Assembly (NCBI RefSeq): GCF_964355755.1
Contig: NC_092673.1
Coordinates: forward strand, 11,256,948-11,320,947
Reading direction: 5' to 3'
Source: Antedon mediterranea
Lineage: Eukaryota; Animalia; Echinodermata
DNA: 64,000 bases
The notes below the pieces were generated by a model. That model made no database searches. It was not told where the DNA came from and was given only the letters and a program-made list of their open reading frames with translations. How positions within the stretch are numbered: the first letter of the stretch is position 1; every line of letters starts with the position of its first letter. The translations under genes were made by a program, and so were the position numbers. Of this stretch, positions 63,891-64,000 are shown in pieces.

Positions 63891-63944
63891 TAAAGATTTT
63901 GACAGAATCAAGAGGTTATATGCATGATAATGCATATAACCTAA

Positions 63945-64000
63945 CAAGTGGTTTATTTGGTTGGAGGGACAGAAAATTGGCCTCAAATTGTCCCATAAAT
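63945..64000 (-). mobile_element. Same Penelope element, RT segment upstream of the insertion
   Basis: Reads FMGQFEANFLSLQPNKPLV and joins in frame to WFRYIDD at 48183. Confidence 0.88.

Larger units (their letters stand above)
48184..63944 (-). mobile_element. Helentron family B copy B1, the outer shell (48184-49601 plus 63891-63944)
   Basis: Left CTAG/hairpin end at 48184. Matching far end gaggttatatgcat-gata-atgcatataacctaa at 63912-63944. Confidence 0.85.

Overview
AT-rich animal genomic DNA, probably a marine invertebrate such as an echinoderm (this is inference). It contains one host gene: the first five coding exons of a phosphatidylserine synthase 1 (PTDSS1) orthologue on the minus strand (45287 down to 12808). 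The rest of the gene must lie left of the window. Almost everything else is transposon-derived: a decayed piggyBac, LINE fragments (RTE, L2/CR1), a Neptune-type Penelope element, a possible DIRS remnant, many nested TIR elements with readable target-site duplications (TSDs), minisatellites, and several families of non-autonomous Helentron/HINE-like rolling-circle elements. The most striking structure is a ~15.8 kb stack of ten same-orientation Helentron-like elements of three families (48184-63944). Every end in the stack can be accounted for. The elements repeatedly inserted into or directly against each other, and the whole stack splits a Penelope RT reading frame (…PLV|WFRYIDD…). Two of the three families carry a tRNA-derived Pol III module. 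A fourth family appears to have copied an adjacent tRNA-Val pair into itself (9421-10130). Family assignments come from terminal structure and recalled motifs, not from database searches.
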